Positions 1 through 9,200 of a stretch of DNA of 64,000 nucleotides are shown here, piece after piece. Both the position numbers and the translations under genes were made by a program. Each line of letters begins with the position of its first letter. Positions within the stretch are counted from its first letter, which is position 1. The notes beneath the pieces are model-generated. The model saw only the letters and a list, made by a program, of their open reading frames with translations. It was not told where the DNA came from and did no database searches. Source of the DNA: an uncultured delta proteobacterium (GTDB lineage Bacteria; Desulfobacterota; Binatia; DP-6); the NCBI GenBank assembly GCA_963815115.1, contig CAWFFN010000005.1, forward strand, positions 1,440,001 to 1,504,000. Direction: 5' to 3'.

Positions 1-306
1 CGCGGCGATGGGCCGTCGGCCGCCACGCTGTCGCCCGACGCCTGGGGCACCATCAGCGAAGCCGTTCGACTTCACCAGGGACGGCTGAAGAGCGGCGCCG
101 CCCCCGAGGACGTCTATCGCACCTTCATGACCGGCCTGAGCGGGACGGCCATGCCGTCCTACGCCGACATCTTCGCCGCGCCGGACGGCGAGAACATCCG
201 CGAGGGCGACGCCTGGAACCTGGTCGCCTACGTGCTCTCGCTGCGCCCGCCGGCGCCGCAGCAGGCGCAGGCCGCGCCCGCGGCCGCGAAGGAGGCCACG
301 CCATGA
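1..306 (+). CDS. c-type cytochrome, C-terminal part (5' truncated by window edge)
   Basis: Frame 1 reads RGDGPSAATL..DAWG...LKSGAAPEDVYRTFMTGLSGTAMPSY..AWNLVAYVLSL, typical of the region after CxxCH in class I cytochromes c (G-x-MP axial Met). Its stop overlaps the ccoN start (ATGA). Confidence 0.75.
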   Translation, partial: RGDGPSAATLSPDAWGTISEAVRLHQGRLKSGAAPEDVYRTFMTGLSGTAMPSYADIFAAPDGENIREGDAWNLVAYVLSLRPPAPQQAQAAPAAAKEATP

Positions 307-1698
307 TCGCCACCGCGACCGTGGACGGCCGCCCGCTCGTCAACGCCGATCTGATTCGCTGGCACCTCGTCGCGAGCGCCGTCTTCTTCGCCGTCTCGCT
401 CCTCGGCGGCCTCGCCTACGCCTTCCAGTTCAACAACCTCTATCCCTTCGCCGGCATCGAGTGGCTGTCCCCCGGCCGCGTGCGCATGGTGCACACGAAC
501 ATGGCGGCCTACGGCTTCATCGCCAACGCCTTCATCGCGCGGCATGCTGTTCGCGATCCCGCGTCTGACCCTGCGCCCGATCCTGTCGGATCGGCTGGGC
601 TGGCTCATCTTCGGCGCCTGGCAGCTCATCCTGGTGCTCACGATCGCGGGTCAGCTCGGCGGGCTACGGCCAGGGGATCGAGTGGGGCGAGACGCCGATC
701 TTCGTCGACCCGCTCGTCCTCGTCGGGCTGGTGCTGCTCGTCCTGAACCTCGCGGCGCCGATCTTCCAGAGCACCGAGACGGGCCTGTACGTCAGCCTGT
801 GGTACTTCCTCGCCGCGTTCGCCTGGACGGGCCTCGTCTACTTCATGGGCAACTACCTGCCGCAGTTCTGGGTGCCGGGCACGGCGGGCGCGGCGATCAC
901 CGGGCTGTTCATTCACGATCTGGTCGGACTGTTCGTGACGCCGATCGGCTGGGGCCTGATGTACTTCTTCGTGCCGCTGCTGCTGCGCAAGCCGATCTGG
1001 AGCCACGCGCTCTCGCTGATCGGCTTCTGGGGCATCGCGTTCTTCTATCCGATGCAGGGCGTGCATCATTTCCTGCTGAGCCCGATCCCGATGTACGCGC
1101 AGTACGGCGCGATCGTGGCGACGATCGCCGTCGAGATCGTGGTGGTCACCGTGCATCGTGAACTTCTTCGGCACGCTGCACGGGCGCGCCGACGCCATCC
1201 GCGGCAACCTCGCGATCCGCTGGTTCTACACCGGCATGCTCATGTACGCCATCACCTGCTTCCAGTGCGCCTTCCAGGTGACGCTGACGTTCCAGAGGAT
1301 CATCCACTTCACGCGACTGGGTGGTCGGCGCACGCCCACATGGTGATGTTCGGCGTCTTCGGCTTCTGGATCATGGGCGTGTTCGTCGAGCTGTGGCCGC
1401 GCGTCGTGGGCCGGCCGTGGGTGAAGCCGCGGCTGCTGACGCTGCACTACTGGCTGACGCTCGCCGGCCTCTCCCTCATGGTGGTCGACCTGACGGCCGC
1501 CGGGCTGGTGCAGGGCTTCAGCTGGGCGTCGCTCGCGCACTGGGGCGAATCGGTCGTGGCCTCGATGCCCTTCTGGTGGGTGCGCACGGTCGCAGGTCTC
1601 GTGATCGTCGGGGGCGCAAGGGCTGCTCTTCTGGGCCATGTGGGAGACCGCGCGGGCGCCGGTGGCAGAGCCGCGCCGCCACCAAGGCGGCGGCGTGA
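303..1698 (+). CDS. ccoN: cbb3-type (C-family) heme-copper oxidase subunit I, several frameshifts
   Basis: Joined frames give GRVRMVHTN, IHDLVGLFVTP, FFYPMQGVHH, HFTDWVV.HAH. All six metal-ligand His and the helix VII Tyr are present, and the protein is highly hydrophobic. Confidence 0.88.
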
Positions 1699-1707
1699 GG
1701 CGCACGC

Positions 1708-2322
1708 ATGGAACGCATCGGAGCGAGCTTCCTCATCGCCGGCGTCATCACGTTCCTGCTCGGCTTCTTCCTGCAGGGGGTGATGCCGATCATCACGTTG
1801 CGCAAGCTGCCGGTGGCAACCGTCGAGGAGATCGGCGCAGACCGTGCCGCCCGACTTCGTGCAGCTCGCCCAGGACTATCCCGACGAGTTCCAGCAAGAC
1901 CTTCGGCGCAGCCGTCGCCGGAGAGCTTCGCGCGGGCGCTGCGCGAGGGCAAGGCGACGTACATCGCCGAGGCCTGCTGGCACTGCCACTCGCAGTTCGT
2001 CCGGCCGGTGTCGAACGAGGACCTGCGCTTCGGCCCGGTCTCGACGCCGGCGGAGTACCAGAACATGATGAACCTGCCGCACCTCTTCGGCACGCGGCGC
2101 GTCGGACCCGACCTGATCCGCGAAGCGGGCAAGCACTCGAACGACTGGCAGATGGCGCATCTCTACGATCCGCGCAGCGTGGCGCCGTACTCGGTGATGC
2201 CGTCGTACCCGTGGTTCTTCGACGCGAGCGGCGGCCGACGGAGCGCGGCGCTCGCGCTCGTCAGCTATCTCCAGTGGCTGGGAAGCTGGATCCCCGAGGA
2301 CCAGCGCCCGGGAGGTCGATGA
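1708..2322 (+). CDS. ccoO: cbb3-type oxidase subunit II (monoheme cytochrome c), compensating frameshifts near 1840-1900
   Basis: N-terminal TM helix; YIAEACWHCHSQFVRP, FGTRRVGPDL, HLYDPRSVAPYSVMPSYPWFF match the FixO/CcoO signature. Confidence 0.9.
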   Translation: MERIGASFLIAGVITFLLGFFLQGVMPIITLRKLPVATVEEIGADRAARLRAARPGLSRRVPARPSAQPSPESFARALREGKATYIAEACWHCHSQFVRPVSNEDLRFGPVSTPAEYQNMMNLPHLFGTRRVGPDLIREAGKHSNDWQMAHLYDPRSVAPYSVMPSYPWFFDASGGRRSAALALVSYLQWLGSWIPEDQRPGGR

Positions 2323-2612
2323 TGCGCACCCGGAGACTCGTCGTGTTCGCCATGGCGATCGGCGTCATGGTGCTCGCCGGCGGGGCGTTCATCCACAAGA
2401 TGTTCGATTTCGCCTTCACCATGCTGGGCGACGAGGTGGCCGGCTTCGGCGTCGTTGCCGTCGCCACGTATCTGCTCGGGATGCTGCCGCTGCTCTTCCT
2501 GACGCTGTGGGCGGTGATGACCGGACGCTTCCGCGACGTCGAGCGGCCGGCCACGCGCATGCTCGAGATGGACGCTGCCATCGAGCGCGGCGGCGAGCTG
2601 GGCGATGTCTGA
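2319..2612 (+). CDS. ccoS: CcoS/FixS-like oxidase maturation membrane protein with N-terminal extension
   Basis: C-terminus LWAVMTGRFRDVERPATRMLEMD resembles FixS WAvksGQFdDlegpa.RmL. It is preceded by two hydrophobic helices and overlaps the ccoO stop. Confidence 0.65.
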   Translation: MMRTRRLVVFAMAIGVMVLAGGAFIHKMFDFAFTMLGDEVAGFGVVAVATYLLGMLPLLFLTLWAVMTGRFRDVERPATRMLEMDAAIERGGELGDV

Positions 2613-2808
2613 CGGCGAGCAGCCGACCGGCCCGGTGCTCGCGCCGCGCGGCGAGAGCCCCGCGGCCGCCTCGCGCCCCGATCCTCCCGGGGACGAGCGC
2701 CGCTGGCACATCTACGAGTCGCATCCGGCGCCCTGGTGGGTCGGTCTGATGTGGGCGGCGTTCTTCGTGTTCGGCGTGACCTATCTGATCAGGAACATGA
2801 TCCGGTAG
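2605..2808 (+). CDS. small membrane protein resembling the CcoP/FixP N-terminal helix
   Basis: YESHPAPWWVGLMWAAFFVFGVTYL resembles FixP_N (eydnPlPrWWl.lf..tivfav.Y). No CxxCH. Confidence 0.5.
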   Translation: MSDGEQPTGPVLAPRGESPAAASRPDPPGDERRWHIYESHPAPWWVGLMWAAFFVFGVTYLIRNMIR

Positions 2809-2814
2809 TCGGCG

Positions 2815-4980
2815 ATGCGGCCGCCGGACGCCGGGCCAGCGTGCGCGCACTGCGGGCTGCCGCTGGGCCGCCGGGCCGTCACCGCCGCGGTGGCCGGCGA
2901 GCGGCAACGCTTCTGCTGCACCGGCTGCGTGCTCGCGCTCCAGGTGACGCGTTCGCGCGGCGAGCACGGGGTCGCCGCGGCGCTCCTCGTGCGCCTGGGC
3001 CTCGCGCTGTTCTTCACCATGAACGTGATGATGGTGAGCATGCCGAGCTACGTGCCCTTCCTGTATGGCGGCACGGACACGCCCACCGACGGGCCGCTGT
3101 TCCTGCTCATGCGAGTGCTCGCGCTGCTCCTCGCCGCGCCCGTCCTCGCCCTGCTCGGGTGGCCGATCGCTCGCGCCGGCTGGGATGCCCTGCGCGGCGG
3201 GGCGGCGAGCGCGGACCTCCTGATCGTGGTCGCGACGCTGGCGGCCTACGCGCTCTCGGCCTGGAACACCGTCGCGGGGCGGGCCGAGGTGTATGCCGAC
3301 ACCGCGTGCATGCTGCTGGTGCTGGTGACCGTCGGGCGCTGGCTCGAGGCCCGCGCGCGCGCCGAGGCCGGCGCCGCCGTGCGCGCGAAGCTCGCGCCGG
3401 CGCCGCAGGTGGCGGTGCGTGTCGACGAGGGAGCAGGGCGCCAGGGCGTCGACGTCGCCACCCTCGTGCCGGGAGACGTCGTCGAGGTCGGAGCCGGGGA
3501 CCTGGTGCCGACCGACGGCGTGGTGACGGACGGGACGGCGGGGATCGACGAATCGGCCCTCACCGGCGAGCACGTGCCCGTGCCGAAGGCCCCCGGGGAC
3601 GCCGTCGCCGGGGGAACGTGCAACCTCGACGGGCGGCTCCGGATCCGCGTGACCGCGCCCGCGTCCGCCAGCGCCGCGGCGCGGCTCGCGTCGCTGGTCA
3701 CGGAGGCTGCGCGCACGCGCACGGCGGGCCAGCGCGTGGCGGACCGCGTGGCCGCCGTGCTCGTCCCGCTCGTCATGGTCGTGGCGCTGGCGGCGGGCTG
3801 CGTGTGGGGCGTGCGCGACGGGGCCGCACGCGGCGTGCTGGTGGCGCTCGCCGTGCTGGTCGTGGCGTGTCCGTGTGCGCTCGGCATCGCGACGCCCATG
3901 GCGGTGTGGGTGGGCGTGGCCGCGGCCGCCCGCCGCGGCATCGTCGTGCGCAGCGCGCCGGTGCTCGAGCGCCTCGCGGCGGTGCGGCGCGTGCTGCTCG
4001 ACAAGACCGGCACGTTGACCGCGCGACAGCTCCGCCTCGTCGCGATCGAGCCCGCACCCGACAGCGGGCTCGACGCCGGCCAGCTGCTCGCGCGCGCCGC
4101 CGGCCTCGAGGCCGGCCTGTCGCATCCTCTCGCCCGGGCGGTGACCGATGCGGCGCTCGTTCGCGGACTTGCGGTGCCCGACGCGTCCGACCTCCTCGTC
4201 GTGCCGGGACGTGGCGTCCGGGGACGGATCGGTGGCCAGCCACACGTCATCGGCAGCCCCCGCTTCGTCGCGACCGAGCTCGGGCGGCTGGTCGCGGTGG
4301 CGGGGGGCGGAGGCACCCCGCTCGTGATGCTGTGCGCCGGGCGCGTGCTCGGCACGCTCCGCGTCGCGGAGTCGCTCGAACCCACGGCGGCCGAGGCCGT
4401 CGCCGCCCTGCGGCGTCTCGGGCTGGAGGTCGGCGTGCTCACGGGCGACGAGCGGACCGACGTGGTGCTGCCCCTGCTCGATCCCCGGGAAGCCGCGCTG
4501 GGTGGTCTCCTTCCCGAGGACAAGCTGGCTCACGTGCGGGCCGGGCGCGTGGCGGGCGTGATGATGGTGGGTGACGGCCTGAACGATGCGCCCGCGCTGG
4601 CGGCGGCGGACGTCGGCGTCGCGGTGAGCGGCGCGACCGACCTCACCCGGATCACGGCCGACGTCGCGCTGATGGGCCGTGACCTGCGGGCGCTCGCCTG
4701 GGGGGTCTCGCACGCGCGCCGGGTGGTGCGGGTGATGCGCCAGAACCTGGCATGGGCGTTCGCCTACAACGCCGTCGCCGTGGGCGTTGCGGCGCTCGGT
4801 CTGCTGAATCCGCTGGTGGCCGCGCTGGCGATGATCGGCAGCAGCGTCGCGGTGGTCGCCAACGCCCGCCGGCTCGACGCGTCCGTGCGCACGCCCGGAG
4901 GCGACGCGGCCGAGCGTGCCGACCCCGTGCCCACGGCAGCGGCGAGCGCCGGGCGCCCACCGTACCGAGCGGTCACCTGA
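2815..4980 (+). CDS. ccoI: P1B-type heavy-metal (Cu) translocating ATPase, CcoI/FixI-like
   Basis: N-terminal CAHC...FCCTGC, then TGE, CPCALG, DKTGT, SHP, GDGLNDAPAL and YN motifs. Located in the cbb3 operon. Confidence 0.92.
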   Translation: MRPPDAGPACAHCGLPLGRRAVTAAVAGERQRFCCTGCVLALQVTRSRGEHGVAAALLVRLGLALFFTMNVMMVSMPSYVPFLYGGTDTPTDGPLFLLMRVLALLLAAPVLALLGWPIARAGWDALRGGAASADLLIVVATLAAYALSAWNTVAGRAEVYADTACMLLVLVTVGRWLEARARAEAGAAVRAKLAPAPQVAVRVDEGAGRQGVDVATLVPGDVVEVGAGDLVPTDGVVTDGTAGIDESALTGEHVPVPKAPGDAVAGGTCNLDGRLRIRVTAPASASAAARLASLVTEAARTRTAGQRVADRVAAVLVPLVMVVALAAGCVWGVRDGAARGVLVALAVLVVACPCALGIATPMAVWVGVAAAARRGIVVRSAPVLERLAAVRRVLLDKTGTLTARQLRLVAIEPAPDSGLDAGQLLARAAGLEAGLSHPLARAVTDAALVRGLAVPDASDLLVVPGRGVRGRIGGQPHVIGSPRFVATELGRLVAVAGGGGTPLVMLCAGRVLGTLRVAESLEPTAAEAVAALRRLGLEVGVLTGDERTDVVLPLLDPREAALGGLLPEDKLAHVRAGRVAGVMMVGDGLNDAPALAAADVGVAVSGATDLTRITADVALMGRDLRALAWGVSHARRVVRVMRQNLAWAFAYNAVAVGVAALGLLNPLVAALAMIGSSVAVVANARRLDASVRTPGGDAAERADPVPTAAASAGRPPYRAVT

Positions 4981-5471
4981 CGCCCTCGGCCGGTTCTCGG
5001 CCTTGGAGCGCAGGGCGACCGCGAGTTGCCGGCGCAGCGCGGCGTCTTCGAGGTGAGTCCCGTTGCGGGCGCCGACAGACGCCGAACAGGCGACCGGCAG
5101 GCGCAACGAAACGCTGCCATCGCATCACGGCGTTGCTGGGGGTCTCCCGCCCGTCGCCGACGCACCAGTAGCTCTTTCGATGACTTGCGGAGACGTCGCG
5201 GCGCGCTCCGGCGTCCCGTCGCGAGGGACTCGGTCTTGCACCGTGGTCTGCCGCATCACGCGTCGCAGAACCGGACGCGGTCCGACGATCTCCGAGAATG
5301 TCGATCTCACTCGCATTCATCCGTGCCGAACCTCACTCGCCTCGGTCTCGTACCTTCGATCGACGGAGGTGCGACACCGAGCGCGCCTCTGCCCGAGGCC
5401 CCCCGCGCCCGCACGAGGCAGGGGCACCGCATCAGATGACGAAGCAACGGCTTCCCAAAAAGGAGACTGCG

Positions 5472-6020
5472 ATGAAGAACTCGATGATCATTCCCTTGCT
5501 GCTGGGTGCGTGCGTGAGCCTCAGGGCCTCCACCGCCCTTGGACAGGTGCTCTACGATGAGGATCACCTGAAGTGTTACAAGGTCGTGCGTGACGAGCTC
5601 CCGCAAGGGACACGTCTCGCGGAGCTGTCGAACCATCAGTTCGGCGACGAGAAGTGCAAGGTGCGAAAGCGCGCCTCGTACCTGTGCGCCCCCACCGTCA
5701 AGTGGAAGGTCGACGACGCGCTCGTGCCGAACGATCCGCGCGGTGACGCCCTCGACACCGACTTCCTCTGCTACAAGGTCAGCTGCCAGGACGACGAGAA
5801 GCGCGAGATCACCATCAACGATCAGTTCGGGGAGCGAAGAATCCAGACGACGAAGGCGCAGTTGCTCTGCACCCCGGCGTTCAAGGTCGGCTGGCCGAAC
5901 GTGCCGTGCGGCGGTGCGAGCGCGCCAGCTTGCGCCGGCCAATGTCCGAACCCGCCAGGGGTCCCGCCGCTGGTGTGTGCACCGGTCGGGGCCGGCTGCG
6001 GCTGCGTCCCTCAGGACTAG
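5472..6020 (+). CDS. secreted Cys-rich hypothetical protein
   Basis: AGGAG RBS, signal peptide, duplicated DHLKCYKV/DFLCYKV...LC.P motif and a Cys-rich tail. Confidence 0.75.
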   Translation: MKNSMIIPLLLGACVSLRASTALGQVLYDEDHLKCYKVVRDELPQGTRLAELSNHQFGDEKCKVRKRASYLCAPTVKWKVDDALVPNDPRGDALDTDFLCYKVSCQDDEKREITINDQFGERRIQTTKAQLLCTPAFKVGWPNVPCGGASAPACAGQCPNPPGVPPLVCAPVGAGCGCVPQD

Positions 6021-6169
6021 CGAGCGCGACGCGCTCACGCTCGCTGTCCTTCGACATGCGGGCGGCAGGTCTCTCCACGAGCGACCTGCCGCCCGCGCTC
6101 GTCGTGTGGGGATGTCGGCGACGACGAGAAACTCGGTTTTCAGAGCGCAACGGTCGCACGCAGGAAGGT

Positions 6170-6402
6170 TGCGGCGGCGGCGTGTAGGCGGCGCTGATCT
6201 TCAGAATCTGCGCGACCAGCGTAGGATCACCTGAATCCAGTTGCCCATGACGATGCGTCCGCCGGGGCGGGTCACGCGCACCGTCTCTCCTTGGCCACAT
6301 CATGCGGCTTGGGCGCAAAACGAGGGCCTCTCCGCTCTCGCGCATGCTCTCGGCAATGCGGATGAAATCGCCGTTTTCCCAAAGTGCCTTGTTTGGATTC
6401 AT
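6170..6402 (-). pseudogene. internally deleted class I SAM methyltransferase remnant
   Basis: MNPNKALWENGDFIRIAESMRESGEALV joins directly, with frame changes, to FAPKPHDVAKE..VRVTRPGGRIVMGNW..DPTLVAQILKISAAYTPPP. The SAM-binding motif is missing. Confidence 0.7.
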
Positions 6403-6433
6403 CGGATTCCTCCGCGCTGGTGACTGAGTCTGT

Positions 6434-7666
6434 TCACGCGGAGAGCCACGACCGGATCGTCTCGTACACCTCGGCCCGGCCGAGCAGATCGAGGTGACCC
6501 ATCGCGTAGGCGATCCACTGGTGCGTCTCCGGAAATCCGAGCGTCAGCTCCGGCTTCGCGTGCCGGCCGAGCGCGCTGTCGACCGGGACCAGGCCATCGC
6601 TCGAGAGCTTGCCGCCGGCCCCGCGCGACTTCGTCGCGGCGATCGCGTAGCACTGCACGCCGTCGGGCAGCTTCAGCTGGCCGCGAGGATCGCCGGCGTG
6701 CCCGAATCGATCGCGGCCCGCCCAGTGCTCGTCCATGACGTTGCCGAAGCGCATGTCCGTCACGCCGGCGCTGCGAATCTTCCCGAGGCGCGCGAGCGGA
6801 GCGCTGTACCGACTGGCGCCGAGGAACAGATCGATCCAGTGGCCCCCGCGCTCGAGGGGTGCGCCGTGGTGAGGCGAGCCGAGGCACACCAGCTTGCGCA
6901 GCTTCGGGCGCCAGGCGTGGGCCGGCGCCTCGCCGAAGTGGCACGCGCTCCGTGCCACCAGCCCGCCCATGCTGTGCGCGACGATCACCAGCTCGTCGAG
7001 AGGCGTGGGCCACGCTGCGACCAGTTGCTCGAGCAGCGCGGCCAACTCGCGCCCGTTCGCCGAGATGTGCAATCCGCTGTTGTAGTGGAGGTAGACCGGG
7101 GTGAACCCGAGATCGCGGGCGAGCGCGGCACCGTGGTCGTGGCCCCGCCGAGTCCATTGCCGATCGCTCAGGCAGGAACCGTGCACCAGGACGACCAGCT
7201 TGCTGGTGGCCTGCGGGAGGGCCAGCCGCAGCGCCTGCCGCTCGAGTTCCAGGGGATGCCCCCCGTGGCGCAGCTGCATCTCGATGGCGAGCGGGTTGCC
7301 GACCGTGGCCAGATAGTCGCCGAGCACTCCATTGAGCGCGGCGACCACCGCCTCGCGCTCCAACCCGGGCGCGCCCTCGGGCAGCAGCGGCGCGAGCAGC
7401 GGTGCGAGCTGCGCGAGCGCGACGTCGATGCCCGCGCCCACCAGCCGCGTCACGCCGCGGATGCTTCCGTAGACCGGGCCGGTGAGGAGACGGGTCGGGC
7501 GCTCGAGCGGGCGGCCCAGGACGCTCGGACCGCCGCCGATGTTGTGGTGCATGGCCTCGACCAGGTCGGTCACGCCCCTGGTCGCCTCGATCGCGAGGCG
7601 GGTCGCGCCTCGCAGATCATCGATGGGAGTGCGCGCCGTTTTCGGGGTTCGATCGCGTGCCGGCAT
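6434..7666 (-). CDS. alpha/beta hydrolase (PGAP1/lipase-like)
   Basis: VVLVHG, AHSMGG nucleophile elbow, LGSPHHGAPL, SDGLVP, GHLDLL. Confidence 0.88.
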   Translation of the reverse strand: MPARDRTPKTARTPIDDLRGATRLAIEATRGVTDLVEAMHHNIGGGPSVLGRPLERPTRLLTGPVYGSIRGVTRLVGAGIDVALAQLAPLLAPLLPEGAPGLEREAVVAALNGVLGDYLATVGNPLAIEMQLRHGGHPLELERQALRLALPQATSKLVVLVHGSCLSDRQWTRRGHDHGAALARDLGFTPVYLHYNSGLHISANGRELAALLEQLVAAWPTPLDELVIVAHSMGGLVARSACHFGEAPAHAWRPKLRKLVCLGSPHHGAPLERGGHWIDLFLGASRYSAPLARLGKIRSAGVTDMRFGNVMDEHWAGRDRFGHAGDPRGQLKLPDGVQCYAIAATKSRGAGGKLSSDGLVPVDSALGRHAKPELTLGFPETHQWIAYAMGHLDLLGRAEVYETIRSWLSA

Positions 7667-8035
7667 GTGGCGTCACCGTACCCTGAAATACGCACGCCGG
7701 CATCACGCCGTGGGACGGGCGACGCGCGCCGCCGTGGGCGATCGCATCCCGGAGCCGCGGCTCGGTGACGATCCGGTCGTCCAACCTCGCCTGAACCTCA
7801 CCCAGTGTCCGCGAATCTGCTCTCCTCCCGACCAGCCCCGGCGCCGCCTTGGCCGCCCAGACCTGCCGATAGACTCGACCGGCGCGAATACTCGCGCGAA
7901 CGTCGAGGGGCCGGCGCCGTCGCCGGCCCCCGTTGTTTCCTGGGCGCCGCGTCCGGACGACCGGTTCGGTCGCCCTCGCCGGCCGGGACGGCGAGGGGCG
8001 ATTCGGACGCGGCCCGGTGAACAGGCAGGCCGGGC

Positions 8036-9037
8036 TCAAGGTCGGACAACGGCGCCGGCCTGAGGCAGTCTCGGTACGAAGCACTCGAGCCCAGCGCCCT
8101 GGGGCAGGCAACCGGGCGCGCTCACACGTCCCGCGTCATCGTCGAGATAGAAGTACCCCGCCACGAAGCACATCTCGTCCTCGGTGGTGACGCCGAAGTG
8201 CACGGGGTGATCGTCCGGATTGGTCCAGTTGCACGTGAAGCGGAAGCTCTCCCCCGCCTCGACGCGAAGGGCCTTCGGGAACCAGCGGACCTTCGCGTGC
8301 TCCCAGTCGGGCGACGCGACGAGCTCGCCCAGGTCGTTGCCGGCGGCGTCCATGTGATGCACCGAGACCAGCGTTCCGCGATGGTGCTGGTGCGTCGAGA
8401 TCTGCACGATGTTCAGCGGGACGGGCGCATGCCACTCCCCGGTGAGAGAGGCGCTCGCTTGCGGTGGGATGTCGATGTCCCAGGAGCCCACCGTGAAGCT
8501 CTGCGCGTGGTGACGCACGCTGCCCTTTTTCGCGGGAATCACGTTGAACACCGCCTCGGCCATGATCGGCTCCGGGAAGAAGTTCCGGAGATGGAGGTTC
8601 GAGTAGACGATCGCGTGCGGTTCCAGACGAACGGCGACCCCCGGCGGGAATTTCACGCGGGCGGGCGACACCTGCATGCCGAACAGGTTCGCCGTGGTGG
8701 TGAAACCGTCCTGAGGGCCGAGACCGACACAACCCGGGGCATCACGAGGACCGCTCCAGAAATCCGTCGGGCTGCGATCGTTGCCCAGATATTCCCAGAG
8801 GACGAAGTGATGCGATCCGCGCGTCGAGCGGAGCTGGAGCTCGGCGACGTCCATCGGCTTGCCGTTCGGGGTGGTCTGGTACTCGCAGACCTCGCGCTCG
8901 CCGCCCACCGGGATCGGGAACGGCGTCATGCGCATCTGGAACCCACCGGCGGGGGGCCGATGGAGATGCATCCGCTTGGCGTCGGCCGGCACGGTGAAGA
9001 TCAGGCAGAGAAGCACGATCACACCGATTGTGCGCAT
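8036..9037 (-). CDS. secreted copper type II ascorbate-dependent monooxygenase-like (PHM/DBM fold) protein
   Basis: Signal peptide; GSHHF, NLH, THQHHRG and TTEDEMC correspond to the CuH (HH..H) and CuM (HxH..M) ligands. Confidence 0.75.
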   Translation of the reverse strand: MRTIGVIVLLCLIFTVPADAKRMHLHRPPAGGFQMRMTPFPIPVGGEREVCEYQTTPNGKPMDVAELQLRSTRGSHHFVLWEYLGNDRSPTDFWSGPRDAPGCVGLGPQDGFTTTANLFGMQVSPARVKFPPGVAVRLEPHAIVYSNLHLRNFFPEPIMAEAVFNVIPAKKGSVRHHAQSFTVGSWDIDIPPQASASLTGEWHAPVPLNIVQISTHQHHRGTLVSVHHMDAAGNDLGELVASPDWEHAKVRWFPKALRVEAGESFRFTCNWTNPDDHPVHFGVTTEDEMCFVAGYFYLDDDAGRVSAPGCLPQGAGLECFVPRLPQAGAVVRP

Positions 9038-9200
9038 GAACCAGCCACTTCGCGTGCTGCCGGCCGGATGTCAACACGCAACGCGGCGAAACCGGCCCCG
9101 ACGCGCCGACTTTACGCATGCCGAGCGCCGGTGCGGTGCGACGGGGTGGGCGCTCTTTCGACTTGACGGTGCGAACGCGAACGTGGTGACACAAGCGTCA

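Noticed and set aside
2416-5106. 896-aa minus-strand ORF and other long antisense ORFs (e.g. 58482-61031, 9210-11108)
   Set aside because: These are shadow ORFs of real genes in high-GC DNA, Arg/Ala/Gly/Pro-rich with no motifs.
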